Positions 24,731 to 37,900 are shown, counted from the first letter of the whole stretch. The stretch is DNA of 61,931 nucleotides, filler included, from Hausera hauseri (GCA_046269625.1; 10 parts of 10 records of this genome joined end to end with filler, not necessarily neighbours in it), one strand, 5' to 3'. A program made the numbers and translations. The notes: generated from the sequence alone by a model not told the origin.

Positions 24731-25822
24731 CCAGAATGCATGTATTGCAGAGTAGTTCTCAGCGAAGTGTACAGATTAACACCATGCCTGCATATGGTTT
24801 GTCTATTTTGTATAGAGCGAATACGATCGCAAGCCCATCCTACACCTTACTGCCCTGTTTGTACATATGAAATCAAATATTGTATTCATCATGATGCATA
24901 TCCATCTGATGCTGACCAATCATTACTAGATGCACCAACCTTCGATGTTGTGGAACCCACGGATCATACTACCTACTATTACACCTGGAATGTATCAACT
25001 CCTTTTTCCATTCCAAATTTCCAATTACACATGTGCTGCCTATGCCAAAAACCTAATAGAATAGCTTATCAATTTAGTTGTTGTAACGCTGAGTACTGTG
25101 CCCATTGCTATCAATTAGAATCCCATCATCGATATTTAATCTGTAGCATATGTTATTTTTGCCCTCAATTCATCTACTCGTATTTTCATCATCCTAGAAG
25201 AGCCCTCCTTACTATTACTAATACGCCAATTCCTCAAATACTTCCAACGAGATACTTTCGACTAGAACAACAAGCATCAGTTCGAATTGAATTCCCAATT
25301 CATAAATTCGACCCTTCTACAATAACTAGACCACCACCAATTACTTTTCAAACACCTTTACCTCACATCAATGTTATGACTCTTTTACGCCAACCGTCTT
25401 CAATACCACATCCACGTTACCATCCTGAACAAATTACTAGATCATTGCCCGAGTTGCCAATACCTACACCTACAATAATACCTACACCCATTATTTCTTA
25501 CAGTCCACCACTACCAGTATCCCTGCAGGAAGATTGGTTCCCTGTCTTCAATAAATGCCCAATCGATCTTATATCTGATCTAGCCCCTCCTGACTTATGG
25601 GCAACACTACAATCTCACTACTACGACCAACTTCCTACCTACGAATGTACTATATGTCTTACCGAAAGAATAACAGTAGTTCAATTCCAATGTAACCACA
25701 AATTATGCGCAACCCGTTTCAACAAACTTCGATCTCAATCCCTCAAATCGATCGATCCAGAATATGCTCTTCAAATGACTTTTCAAAATGGTATCTCATG
25801 TCCATACTGTCGAGAACCATAA
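24731..25822 (+). CDS. Triple RING-finger protein (putative E3 ligase), probably the last exon of a spliced gene
   Basis: After acceptor TATATTTAG: ECMYC..PCLHMVCLFC..CPVC; CCLC..CC..YCAHC..CSIC; ECTIC..CNHKLC..CPYCR, with a Pro-rich linker. Open for 360 aa. Confidence 0.8.
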   Translation, partial: PECMYCRVVLSEVYRLTPCLHMVCLFCIERIRSQAHPTPYCPVCTYEIKYCIHHDAYPSDADQSLLDAPTFDVVEPTDHTTYYYTWNVSTPFSIPNFQLHMCCLCQKPNRIAYQFSCCNAEYCAHCYQLESHHRYLICSICYFCPQFIYSYFHHPRRALLTITNTPIPQILPTRYFRLEQQASVRIEFPIHKFDPSTITRPPPITFQTPLPHINVMTLLRQPSSIPHPRYHPEQITRSLPELPIPTPTIIPTPIISYSPPLPVSLQEDWFPVFNKCPIDLISDLAPPDLWATLQSHYYDQLPTYECTICLTERITVVQFQCNHKLCATRFNKLRSQSLKSIDPEYALQMTFQNGISCPYCREP

Positions 25823-25960
25823 GTCAATTACCACTTTTCTTATACCTATGACAATCGTACTCAACGTTTATGCCATTGGATGAATCCAGTGAACGATGCT
25901 ACTTTAACCATCAAACCTCGAAATCTCAGCTTCATCGATGTTGCTACCCAGAGTGATCCG

Positions 25961-25992
25961 GAGGACCGAATCCTTTTCAAAGGGGGGAGAAG
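25961..25992 (+). promoter_or_regulatory. Gypsy-type polypurine tract
   Basis: GAGGACCGAATCCTTTTC-AAAGGGGGGAGAAG is followed immediately by TGTTAG. Confidence 0.75.
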
Positions 25993-28900
25993 TGTTAGGA
26001 GCGACAAATGTGCGACAAAGACAAATGTGAGACAAATGTTAGAACCAACGACGATAACAACAGGTGCGACAAATGTTAGAACCGACGACGATAACAACAG
26101 AGTCGAGAGACAGGATCGATAATCGGCAACTCAAATCGATAACAAATTAAAAATCGATTAATCGATCTAACACTGACTAATGAACAATGACATGAAATTC
26201 GAAACACGAAATTCGAAATTGATTTTGTACGATCACTTTGACACGAAATTTAAAATTGGTTTTGCATGAACACCTTTTGAACTCGAACATTCTAGCTCGA
26301 TCGTACATTTTGTGTATAATAAAAACACATCTTGTAAGTTGTATATCAACCTTATATCAGTTTTCTTTTCTTGTGTCGAGCCCTCATGATGGGTATTTTT
26401 ATTGTGCTGTTGTATGGAAATTGCTTGTGACCCTTTTTTTACAATCAATTTGTTGGCCATCATGAAAAATACAAAATTAATAGAATCGTAAATTGAACTA
26501 GAAATTAGTTGGTAATTTGGTTTGACTTCGAATTAGTCAGTGAATTAATTTTAGAAAATGAATCATCAAGATGATGTTAATAATAAAATTAGATTTTAAA
26601 ATAATGCAATGATATACGAATGACGGCAAAGGAATGTAAAAATTAGATTTAAAAAATCCGTTATCAACCAGATTGACGTCATCCATATTAAAATAAAAAA
26701 TTAAAAATAAAAATTTGTCATCGGTTTGACCGATGAGTATAAATACGCAAAGATATTGTCAAAAAATACACACATCGTTATATTGCACCATAGACTAAAT
26801 CAAAATATTCGAAAAGGTATATTAGAGTTTAGATTGTCTAAATAATTATTAATTCCATACCATAGACAATCATACAAATACAGATAAATCGTTTCTAAAA
26901 TATTCGAAGTTAAATCTTGATAAATACTGATGGCTACACAGAGGAACCTTAATGCCGAACTCCCTGAGGATAATGTTGGTAAGTGTAAAATATTATATGT
27001 GTATCAATTGATTTATCACTAAAATTGTATTTGTTAATGTATAATGTTGTATAATTAATTGTTCTAAAAACAAATTCGAGAGATTCGATACGATTACTAG
27101 AATCTTAAAGAATCAGAATTGTTATTATTATGAATGATTTATTCAGATATTTCTAGACGTTTGGTAGCAATTGATCGTAGAAAACTACTCCAAAATATGA
27201 ACCCAAAGATCTACTTACTGGATAGGAAGAGAATTTTCATCGATAAATATTGTATTGTACGAAAAATCCAATTGATTTTAATATGAAGTGATAATGAGAA
27301 ACTATATGGATGGGGATACGATTCTAATGCTTTACAATGAAGATTGGGTCATTTTGTATACCTGAAATGTCGAAGAATTGTTGAGTTAATACCTTATTTA
27401 TGATCTGTCTGACTTAGTAAGACTAATTTGATAAAACGTTTCGTATATTCAATGCCTTTGAATTGTTTCATCTATTAATTAAAATTCGATATGTGTTTAG
27501 AGATTATATATTGATTAAATTGTCAAAAGGTTTTTTCATGGTGGATGATGCTGATAATATTGCAATATGATATACTCACAAGGTTGGGAAAGAAAGAGAG
27601 AAAATCACTATATTCCATCTTGACCCATTCTCCACTTATATGTCGTATCGGCTGATTCGATGACAATTATGTCCAGGAAAAGTTTTGAACCATAGATGAT
27701 TTTATGTAATAAAAACTAAACTAGATTTTTATTGGATAGTATATTTAAATGACGCTCGCTTGACGACGAAGTGTGACTCTGTGGTTAATTCATGTTGTCA
27801 TTACTCCATGAATGGTTAGTGAGGTGATATTCAGGATGTTTCTATGAATCGAAGCGGTTTGGTGATTGAAAGAATCGATGACTACAATGAAGTATGTTGA
27901 AAGTTGTCGGGACTGATTATGATAGAGTTATTCTTTGGTGTTTACCGACAATTCACTACCAACCTATATATTTAAAAATAACAACTCCCTTTTATTAAAG
28001 AATAAAAGGTGATATTAGTCGCGATAGATTAAATGGGTTAACACTCATACTATAACCCCTATAATACAATAAGGTAAATATATTTATTGTAAAAATTCTC
28101 CTCATTATTTTATAAATCTTCTCAATAAAAATGATATTAAAATAACTACCCGCATGACTGATAATTGTATAGAATGACGGATTGGTCGAGGTTGTACATA
28201 ATTTCATACATTATGAGGATGTGAAAATGATTAGAATCTTGAAATGGTCACGTCTACGGAATTCCAGTCGTTGCAGTAGTCCATTCAACATTTTAGGATT
28301 TTTAAGGAACGTTGATAATGGAGTATGAGCATTTGTAGAAACCATATAAGTATATACTTTAAAATCTTGGTTTAATGGAAATCGATTAATCGTTTGAACT
28401 TACACTAAAGGATTGGTTGGACAGAATATTGCACCCGTTCAGTTGGGTTATCATTACAGGAATTAAAAGGAAGGAATTGTTAAGATCGATACAGAGAAAC
28501 AATAGATAGATAGATTTGAACATGCATGGGTTAAGATTATCAATAAAACGTTTGTGATAGTTTCTGGAGAGTTATCAGTAAAGGTACGGAAATAAATTTT
28601 AGTCGTTATAGGATGTTAAGTTTATTTATAAAGAAATAGAGACATTAAATAAGCTAGATATTATAGTGATAAACCAACTTAACAAGAACGGTTGAGGGTT
28701 AGAATAGAGTATATAACAAACAGAAGTACAATAACCACATAATAGCATTGGGCGCAGATTACTTTAGTAATCGTACCGCCACCGAACAGACACGCCTTCA
28801 GGTTATATATGTTGGGGGTAATAGAAATAAAAGGGAAACGAAGAATTCGATACAGAAGTCAAACATATTGTAAATGTTATAGAAAATGTCATGAAAGCAG

Positions 28901-29001
28901 TTACATATGTTTCGGATAATATAACCTTCCAACATTGTAAATGTTATAGAAAATGTCATGAAAGCAGTTACATATGTTTCGGATAATATAACCTTCCAAC
29001 A
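25993..29001 (+). mobile_element. Candidate ~3-kb LTR
   Basis: Starts TGTTAGGAG after the PPT and ends CTTCCAACA (imperfect inverted termini) before a PBS. GACAAATGT repeats occur near the start, and a TATA box at ~26738. Confidence 0.55.
28868..29001. repeat. Perfect 67-bp tandem duplication at the candidate LTR 3' end
   Basis: TTGTAAATGTTATAG...CCTTCCAACA starts at 28868 and again at 28935. Confidence 0.95.
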
Positions 29002-29008
29002 TATAAAC

Positions 29009-29026
29009 TGGTGCCCCGAGTGAGGA
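29009..29026 (+). promoter_or_regulatory. Primer-binding site, complementary to elongator tRNA-Met 3' end
   Basis: TGGTGCCCCGAGTGAGGA is the complement of TCCTCACTCGGGGCACCA, resembling the animal tRNA-Met(e) 3' end. It lies 7 nt after ...AACA. Confidence 0.75.
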
Positions 29027-29156
29027 GCACTCTAGTAAAACCCACTAGCAAAACCACTCTAGTAAAATCACACTAGCAAAATTATTCTAGCGTAAATATA
29101 AGAGATATGATAATGACACTGTATATTGATATTTAATTGTTATAGGTAAACTTCAG

Positions 29157-29426
29157 GTGGAATGCCCGATATGTTTTGAAGAATTGGGCTTGAAATATGC
29201 TCTGTTCAGGTGTACACATTACATGTGTACACGGTGTGCGGATACGTGGATAGCAAAACGACAGAACTGCCCTTTCTGTCGCCGTAAGGTGACCATTTAT
29301 CAATACTGGAATGCCATAGTTGTCGTACTGCCCGAAGAGGATGAAGAAGAACCAATGGTGATCAACGAAGATCCGAACGACTTATACGTAGTGGGTCCCA
29401 ATGGACTCGTGTATATGGCAATTTAA
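29157..29426 (+). CDS. Small RING-HC protein exon with acidic tail
   Basis: ECPIC..RCTHYMCTRC..W..CPFCRR, preceded by AG acceptors (TTATAG, TTCAG). Confidence 0.8.
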   Translation: MECPICFEELGLKYALFRCTHYMCTRCADTWIAKRQNCPFCRRKVTIYQYWNAIVVVLPEEDEEEPMVINEDPNDLYVVGPNGLVYMAI

Positions 29427-29607
29427 TTTAATAAAATATTCATTTTATGGCCTTGATGAAGAACAATAGTAGATTATGGGCGGCCCAACGGAATTAGTAA
29501 TAGGAGATAGGGAGAAAATAATTTGATTATAGTATCAATAACAGCATAATGTTTATCTTAGAAAAGAATAAATCGAAGAATTAAGTGAATTATATTGATT
29601 TCAGGTT

Positions 29608-29840
29608 GCATCATCTGTAAAAGATTTCCAGAAACTTGGGATGAAGAGGAGAATCCCTGTCCCCTATATTATTTAGTGGAGAAATTAATTTAACCAGAAG
29701 ACCTATTCGAGTGCGGTCATTGTGGGGAAGAGGCTAACTTAGGCTTAATGACGTTGTATGAAGATTACCGTTTATTATGTCCTGTTTGCGCTCTGACGTT
29801 GAATGATATAGAAGAAATTAACAAATTGATTAACTTATGA
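29608..29840 (+). pseudogene. Cys-rich zinc-binding ORF remnant
   Basis: Manual translation CIICKR..CPLY..*..ECGHCGE..LCPVC after acceptor TTTCAG. Confidence 0.4.
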
Positions 29841-31261
29841 AATTTGTAATGGAAATAAACAAATTGATTTTTGTACCTAGTGAAATTTGGTTTCGTTGAT
29901 TTTAGAAAGATGCCCCATCGGTTTGGATAACATAGCAGGCGAAAGGACGGTGCTACCATGTCAACACCAGTATTGTACTCNNNNNNNNNNNNNNNNNNNN
30001 NNNNNNNNNNNNNNNNNNNNNNNNTTAATTAATTAANNNNNNNNNNNNNNNNNNNNNNNNNNNNNNNNNNNNNNNNNNNNCTTGAACAGGCAACTCTTGA
30101 ATGTACCCAAAAAATGATTAGGACAGAAAGTCCAAAATATTGGTAGTCTGGGTGTTACATTCAGAATATACAGCTTTTGGGAATGAAAAAGGTGGCCAGT
30201 TACTGCTGCTTGGGAAGATTTCATTTAAAAATAACACTACTCAGGCATAAATATATTAAGAATAATTACCCTGTTCAGAGAAGTACAGATACTTCTAAAC
30301 AATATCCTGTACATATGAATATATGTACTTGCAATAAGTACTCTTTGCCCATAAATGTATGAACTTGCAATAAGATCCTGTTCACTAGTTTAGTCAAAAG
30401 GTCAACATCTTTGCACATGGATATGTATCCATAAGTTCTCCATTCTCCTCCAATTTGTATATCTCCTCAGTGCACATGCTCTGTTGCACCAGCAGATTTT
30501 TCCTACAATTTTTTTTTTGGACAGTAGCTGTTAGGCCTACTATTTTTCAGTTTCCAACTGCCAAGGGATTCTTAATGTATATGACAATACACACGGACAT
30601 CTGATCTCACTACCCAGAGATCAGGAGAATTTTTTTACCAGATGATCCATGACAAAAAATCATGAGTGCTTCCCTCAGGGATTTGAACCAGTACCTCTAG
30701 CATTCAATCCCAGCTGTGTGCATTAGATTTTGTTTTTGACCAAAATGGCTCCAGATGCCCACCCAGCCTCACAAATGTGTACCAGAGAAATTTTCTGGGA
30801 AAGTAAAGGTGGCCTGGTGTTATGCTGACAACATCTCGGGAACCACTACATGGGAAGCGACTAGCCGACGTCGTTGACTGAAACATCCAACTGTCGATAA
30901 TGGGGACACACGTATTCACTATGCGACACTACAGCTCGCAGTGTCGCCAGGAGCACTCTGTCGCTCTGGCAGCAGACCGGACCTCCACAATGGAACACAG
31001 CGAAACTGACACAGTCATTACACAGGAACAAGGCCACAGCTGCACTTCTCAAACTGACGTGACTGGTCCTGCCGCCATGTTGGAACTGGAAGTGTGTGGG
31101 AAGAATCTTACAGCAATTAACCAGTAATTATGATTTATGCTATTACAAATTTTTCATACAGTTTTAAAGACTGTTTTGTTGTATAATATTTATAATTATC
31201 ATTAGATTTATTTAGATACAATTTCAGTAAATTTTACATGAGGTCAAGATGTAACATTTAA

Positions 31262-31390
<129 letters not shown>

Positions 31391-32064
31391 TAATATTACT
31401 TCTTTACTATAAATACTAGAGGGAGATGGAGGTGCTGTTTTTGCTACGTCTCTGATATACGGTGTCTGGGCTGACGAATCATAGTCAGCCAGGATCCTCT
31501 ACCCACGTCCAAGTCATGTTTCCATGCTAATGGTCGGCAAACCTGAGGTGCAGAGGCCCGTGATGATCCCTGGTTGAGTAGTGGATCATTTCTAGATGGT
31601 CAAGTATTGCAATGTCGCCTGGAGGACCTCGGGCCACCACCAGGACAGGAAGGATTACCGACCTTCCTCCATATCCTTCTTAGAATTGCAGAGCTCATCC
31701 AGAAGAGCCAGTGCTCAGTGATGTGGAGATGGAACAACAACAGCAATAATAGAGAAATAGACTTAGCAAGATATTGACCACATTGTCTTGTTACTTTCTT
31801 TGTCTCAAGTCATCTGAGAGGATTGTTCACACTGTTTGTCGTATACAAGAATATCATGTCATATTACTTGATTGATTCCCTTATCTGTTTTAAAGGCAAG
31901 AATGGAGTCCATTTTTATTGCTTTATTGTAGTTAGTTTCTCCAGATAGGAATTATTCATTATTATTTAAATTGTAGTGAAACCATTGTTGCAGCATGCAA
32001 ATTGTGTCATGAGATCTAGTGTATGAAATTAAAAAGTAAATGCTGATTACTGTTTTGTTCACAG

Positions 32065-32243
32065 TCAAACAACAACATACCTTCGTTGCTGGGCAAAGCA
32101 TGTATTGCGTTTAATAAAAAAGATTACAGAGGTGCTTTAGCCTACTATAAAAAGGCACTTAAGACAAATCCAACCTGTCCAGCATCAGTTCGACTAGGCA
32201 TGGGCCATTGCTTTGTGAAACCGCATAGGTTGGCTAAAGCAAG
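32065..32243 (+). CDS. CTR9: CTR9 next internal exon
   Basis: AG|[55 protein letters not shown]|GT, in frame with the previous exon. Confidence 0.95.
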
Positions 32244-33199
32244 GTAAAAGATACAATTTATATTCTTTGTATTCAATTTACAAAAGAGTTTATTGTCTGT
32301 AGCAGTTAAAATCATAATCAATAATCATGAGGTGCAAAGCTGTGCAATTTAGGTGGCTATGGATCTCCATCTCTCATGGTTCACTGTATCCCTAATCATC
32401 TCTGCTGTTGACTGTCTCTGAAGTCGTTTACGCAAACCACCCGGACATTTCTTCCACTGCTGTCCACTACTTCTGTTTCCTTGTATTTTGACAGTGATTC
32501 TTCAGATATTCTCTTATGTCCAAGGTTCTTAGCAATAGAGGAGAATGGGTTGAATATAACACTGTGGGATTCTTTAACTGTATTGACAAAGAGTACATAT
32601 AAACATGAGGTACTGTGCTTTGTGGGGTTGCAATAATGAGTAGTCAGGTTCCTACTGGAGGTTCGAAAACTGGTGTCAACATCTTCGCTCCATTCTGGAG
32701 GATTTCTGCTCAGTGCACTTAACTTGTTTGCTCCGGCGAGGACCCTGTAGGTTAGGTATAATGAATTTTTTTTTCATGTTACTCTGGCAGAGCAAGTCCT
32801 GCATCAGATGCTGGGCCCACCGTTGCGTATATACTTGTCCTGGGAACATACCCAGGTAAAAGAAAGCAGAGGATGATACTCTTCTAAACCTCCAATGTCT
32901 TGTGGGCAGTGACTGGACAAATAAGAACACGGATAGGATGAATCCATAGCTTACTCTGAAGAAGGAACATGCTAGCCTTCCAGTAATGGAAATGGGGCAT
33001 GTATGCACCATATGCTTTATGATTATGCTCATATATATATCACTGAATGGTGTTGCCCCTGTGGCACCAGGCAGGTGTGGCCATGGACCCCCCAACCTCA
33101 AAGGGTCCACTCAATGTTATTGACTATGACTCTGCATATCTGTGGCCCAGAATTAAGCAGATTAGAGTTACTGGCCAAAACGATGACTCAATCAGGATT

Positions 33200-34596
33200 A
33201 TTCAGTGAGCAGCAAGGGAGTAATGAAGAAAAAAACTAGAACTGCAGAACTTCCTTCAGAAAGAAAGGATTGATATTCTGTATATTCAGGAAAGCCATTT
33301 GAATGCAGATTTTCCATCAGAGGCTTTGAATGTTTCAGACATGATAGACCAGGTAACAAATGTGGACCAGGTCACAGCTACATGAACTACTCTTCTGCTA
33401 GGAACAACATGGAAAGAAACCCACCTGACACTAATATCATTGTGAACAACAAGCTATATTTAAGAAAGAAAAACTAACCAGTGGAAGATCCAGCTGAAAA
33501 TAAAAAACTGCTTCTCTAAATATGGAAAAGGACACAGAAAAATTATGGCAGCTGGTTGAATGTCTTAGAGAACAAAGCACAAGGTAGTGTCATTGAAAAA
33601 TTATACACTGACTGTCAGGCTGCAGGTGTACTTTCAAACTTCTATGTGGAAGAAAGAATAAAAAAAATGCCAAGAGGCGGGACTGCTTAAGTAAGACAGG
33701 GAAAGAAAACACCTCTTTCAAACCCAGCAGCAGTGTCCAGATTCAGTGACACAAAGTAGAGCTAGTTCTAGCAATCAGAAACCTAAAAAAAGAAGTCTCC
33801 TGGACCCCATGGGTCACAAATGAAATGATCCAGAATCTAGGACCCCATGGTAAAGCCACACTACTAGAACTCTGTGATCTAACAAATACTTTTGATAGTC
33901 TGGAAGGAAGGTCCAATTCTGAAAATGGACAAACATGCCGAACATGCAGAGGCAATATGCCGAAATGAATCAAACATTTTCTCCATAGAAGACAAGCAAG
34001 AGTTAAATTGCAGGGAAAGAGGAGCAGAATGATTAGGATACCAGTAGGGGTCCAACAAAGAGGAATACTATCCCCAGCACTGTTCATTATTTTCATTGAC
34101 GACCTTCCAAAGTAGTTCACAGTGCATATCCATATGGCACTGTATGCTAGCTGTATGGGCACAGTCCAAACACTTAGGAGTTGCAAGAGTAAGAATGCAA
34201 AAAGCAGTAGACAAAGTAGATGTATAGACAAAAGATTGTGGTGTCCAAATAGACAAAAACAAACCAGTCACAACACTTTTCTCTCTACAAAATCCGAAAG
34301 CTGCACACTCACGCTGTACAACATACCCCTCCCAGAGGAAGAAAACCCAGTGTACATGTGAATAAAATTTCACAAAAGACTAACTTTGGTGCCTCACATA
34401 GAAGAAACAGAAAAAAGGCAATCCGCAGGCTAGAGGTAAACATACAGGCTGACATACAAATAAGTATATATCGGACATGTTCGCCCAGTGGTGGAGTATG
34501 GAATGAGCACATACTCATCTAATGCAAACACAAACCTCCAAAAGCTAGACAAAATCCAAAACTCAGGACTGCGAATAATAACAGGACTAAAAAGTA
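33200..34596 (+). mobile_element. Degenerate non-LTR retrotransposon (LINE) fragments, probably intronic in CTR9
   Basis: APE-like IDILYIQESHL near 33270; RT motifs PGPxxVTNEM, GVQQRGILSPALFIIFIDDLP..ALYA, KLDKIQNSGLRIITG. Confidence 0.75.
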
Positions 34597-34949
34597 NNNN
34601 NNNNNNNNNNNNNNNNNNNNNNNNNNNNNNNNNNNNNNNNTTAATTAATTAANNNNNNNNNNNNNNNNNNNNNNNNNNNNNNNNNNNNNNNNNNNNAAGA
34701 AGCTGCAAAAAGAAAAGGATCACGCGAAGAAGACGAGATTGGAGATGGCTGCGAATCGTGCGATGAAGGTGAAATGAGTAGTGGATGTGCAGGCGATGAC
34801 GCAGAAGCAAATGGTAAAGGAGCAGTAGATGACGACGGAAGTGAAGAGAAGTGATTGTGACGCGATAGTGATTGCTGTGAAGGATTAAAATCATCAAGGA
34901 AATTAGATGATGACTCGAGGCAGAGAAGTTTAAGTTGGAATTTGAAACA

Positions 34950-37900
34950 ATGCTATTATCTTGGCCATCGTCAACGAAGAAGGATAGCTTAAGATTAGAG
35001 ATGTGTACGTTGTGAGGTCTGTCCTTGCGTAAAATAGTGGCGGTTTTTGAAGAAAGGTTAAGTAGTTTGTAAGGACTAACGTATTGAGGCCGAAAACAAG
35101 AAGTCGACGGATCCTTCAGCCATACAAACTTGGCTGAGTATAAGTCCTCTGGGATATAAGATTTGTCTTTATTTATTAGACAGCAAAATGGCATTTGAGT
35201 TGACATCAGGAAAGTGGGACTGTGCCGCACGAATAACTTCATCTGACGGCCTTTCATTGAGATTGGAGAGCTCAAATAGTGCACGAACTGGTGTCCCAAA
35301 GAGAGCCTCAGCTGGTGCACAGCCTGTGGTGGTGGATGGCGTGTTGCGTCAACCGAGTAGGACAAGGGGAAGAATTGAGGTCCAGTTCTGATTGTTGTTC
35401 GTTAGGATTTTTAAGGAAATCTTCACGGGGCGATGAAATCTCTCTAGAAGACTATGTGCTTGGGGATGGTACGGCGTCGTATGGAGATGGATTATCCCTA
35501 AGTGCTTTACAAGAGATTTGAAAAAATCAGCTTTAAATTGCGGACCCTGGTCCATTATGATGTGACGTGGTGAACCAAAATGACTAACCTATATCTTGAT
35601 AAATGCATCTGCTACTGAGTCAGTGTTGGTTGATCAAAGCGAAAAGGCTTCCGGCCAGCGAGAAGCGCGATCCATCATGGATAAGATATATTGATAGCCG
35701 TTATCGGATAATAAAGGAGCGACAATATCCAAATGAACAGTGTCAAAAGGACATGAGCTAGGGAAGTGGTAAAGTGGTGTTTTAATGTGTTTGTGACCCT
35801 TGTATTGCTGTCATGCTGCACATCCCCTAACCTAAATCTGTACATCTATACGCACAGTTGGCCATACAACGTGGTGTTGCAGTAGACGGAATGTGGCTTT
35901 TGAACTCGGATGATGAAGACAGTGAAAATGAGTGAAAGCCGTCTTTTGTAACGATGGAGCAAAAATGATTGTCTTGTTGGTCGAATTAGAAGTGTCATGG
36001 GCGATTCCATCGATGATTTTAAAAGATTTAAAAGCTTGGAGAATATCAGATGATGACTGATTGCTTCTCAAGACCTCAGAGGAGAAAATTGGCTGCAATG
36101 TAACTGAGTTAACCGACCGCGAAATAAAGTCTGCTACTAAATTTTAGGTGCCTGAAATATATTTCATGGAAAAACTAAATGTCGACAGGTATGATATCTG
36201 TCGTTTTTGTCTGAGTGATGGCTGTTTTAACGTCATTATATGAAGTAGGGGCTTATTGTCGCTTTGGATGGTGAATTGACGTGACAGAAGCAAGTGCGTG
36301 AAATGCTTTACCGCTAGAACTACAGCCAAGAGTTCACGATCGAATGTTGAGTATCGGCTTTCTGGTTGTGTGAGCTTTCGGAAATAGAATTTTAATGGTT
36401 CATCGACGCCATTGTATATTTGGTGTAATATCGCACCAATTGCTGTGGTTGAGGCATCGGTAGGTAACATAAGTTCAGCGTTGGGTTTTGGAAAGGCCAA
36501 GATTTCCACAGTTTTCAGACCTTCACGAAGGCGATCAAATTGGTTTACTATATCGGGAGTCCAGTGGATTAATTGTCATTTTTCCCATATGATAGGTGTG
36601 CGAAAGGTGATGTTAGTTCGGAGCAGTGTGGCACGTATTTGTGTACGAAATGCAATGTTCCTAGAAAACTCATCTTATAGGTGGTAGTAGTTGGCTATGT
36701 TACATTTTTTAATTTTTTAAGCGATCAGGCTGTGGCGAATGCACTTCAGGAGTAATTATTTGGCCTAGGAAGTTGACGCGTTTCTGGAAGAAATTGCATT
36801 TGGCGAAATTAATTTGCATGTTACTTTTGATGCAATCTGCAAAAAATAATTCTAAGGTGCTTATGATGTTGTTTGATCGAGCTAAAAGCGACTAATATGT
36901 CATCTATGTATGGGTGATCAAAATCAAGACCAGAAAGAACGGTGTCAATGTGGCACTGAAAGGTCTGAGATGCGCTACGAAGGCCGAAAGGCATGAAGAT
37001 GTATTTATAAAGACCAAATGGTGTGATGACAGCAGTTTTTTGAATGTTATCAGGGGCAACAGGAATTTGATGGTAGGCTTTGTGCAGATCAATGGTAGAA
37101 TAGGTATTGGTGTTGTTGAGTCTATAAAGAATATCCTTAATGAATAATAGTGGATAGGTATCTGTAATAGTTAGATTGTTTAATTGTCGATAGTCGCCAC
37201 ATGGCCCATAGGTTCCATCTTTCTTTACCACTACATGAAGAGGAGAAGCCCACGGTGAATTAGATCTTCGAATGATGCCAAACCTTTCCAGTTCATTAAA
37301 TTCTTGTTCCACAGCTTTAGTTCTGCGTGGCGACAAAGGTCTGACCTTTTGTTTGATCTGCCTCTGATGCAGTGATGGTAAGTTGTGGATGGAGGCTTGA
37401 AGTTGACGTCCCTTTTATCTATGCGAAAGCAAGACGTTGTGACGTATGATTTAAGATTGGAGTCTAGAAACAAGAATGAATGAGGCACATCATTAGAGAG
37501 AACAGCTCCAGTGATTGACGAAAAGCAACTGGCATCGCTACTGTCAACGCCTATATTGGATTTTTGTTTTAGAATAAATTTAGGATTTGTCGTTCATAAC
37601 TGAAATATTACCGACTTTATCGGAAGTTTTTTATAGATGACGAAGCGTTCAGCATATTCACAGACGATTGCAATGAATTGCTCGCTAAGTTGTCTACGAG
37701 ACACATGTTTGGAGTTGCAATCGAGTTCCTGCTTAAAAGACAGCTGTATTTGCAATCGAACAATGGATCATGTTCGACAAGAAAATCTGAGATCATTATG
37801 GGTGATTTAATGTTGGCCACGTGGAACGTCCAGACTAACTTATCTGGCAAATTGGCGAATGTAAAAGTCAATTCCGTGGTTCCTGCTACGTGCAACGGTT

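Noticed and set aside
29009-29026. tRNA gene
   Set aside because: Only ~18 nt complementary to a tRNA 3' end including CCA, with no cloverleaf. It is better explained as a PBS.
30660-30730. tRNA gene or SINE (minus-strand GGTTCAAATCCC B-box-like motif)
   Set aside because: No convincing A-box or cloverleaf and no second copy in the window. It may be a SINE remnant but is unsupported.
34697-34950. His/Leu-rich protein tail in ORF 34649-35365
   Set aside because: This is an out-of-frame reading of the low-complexity Ser/Pro-rich region after integrase, running into the linker.
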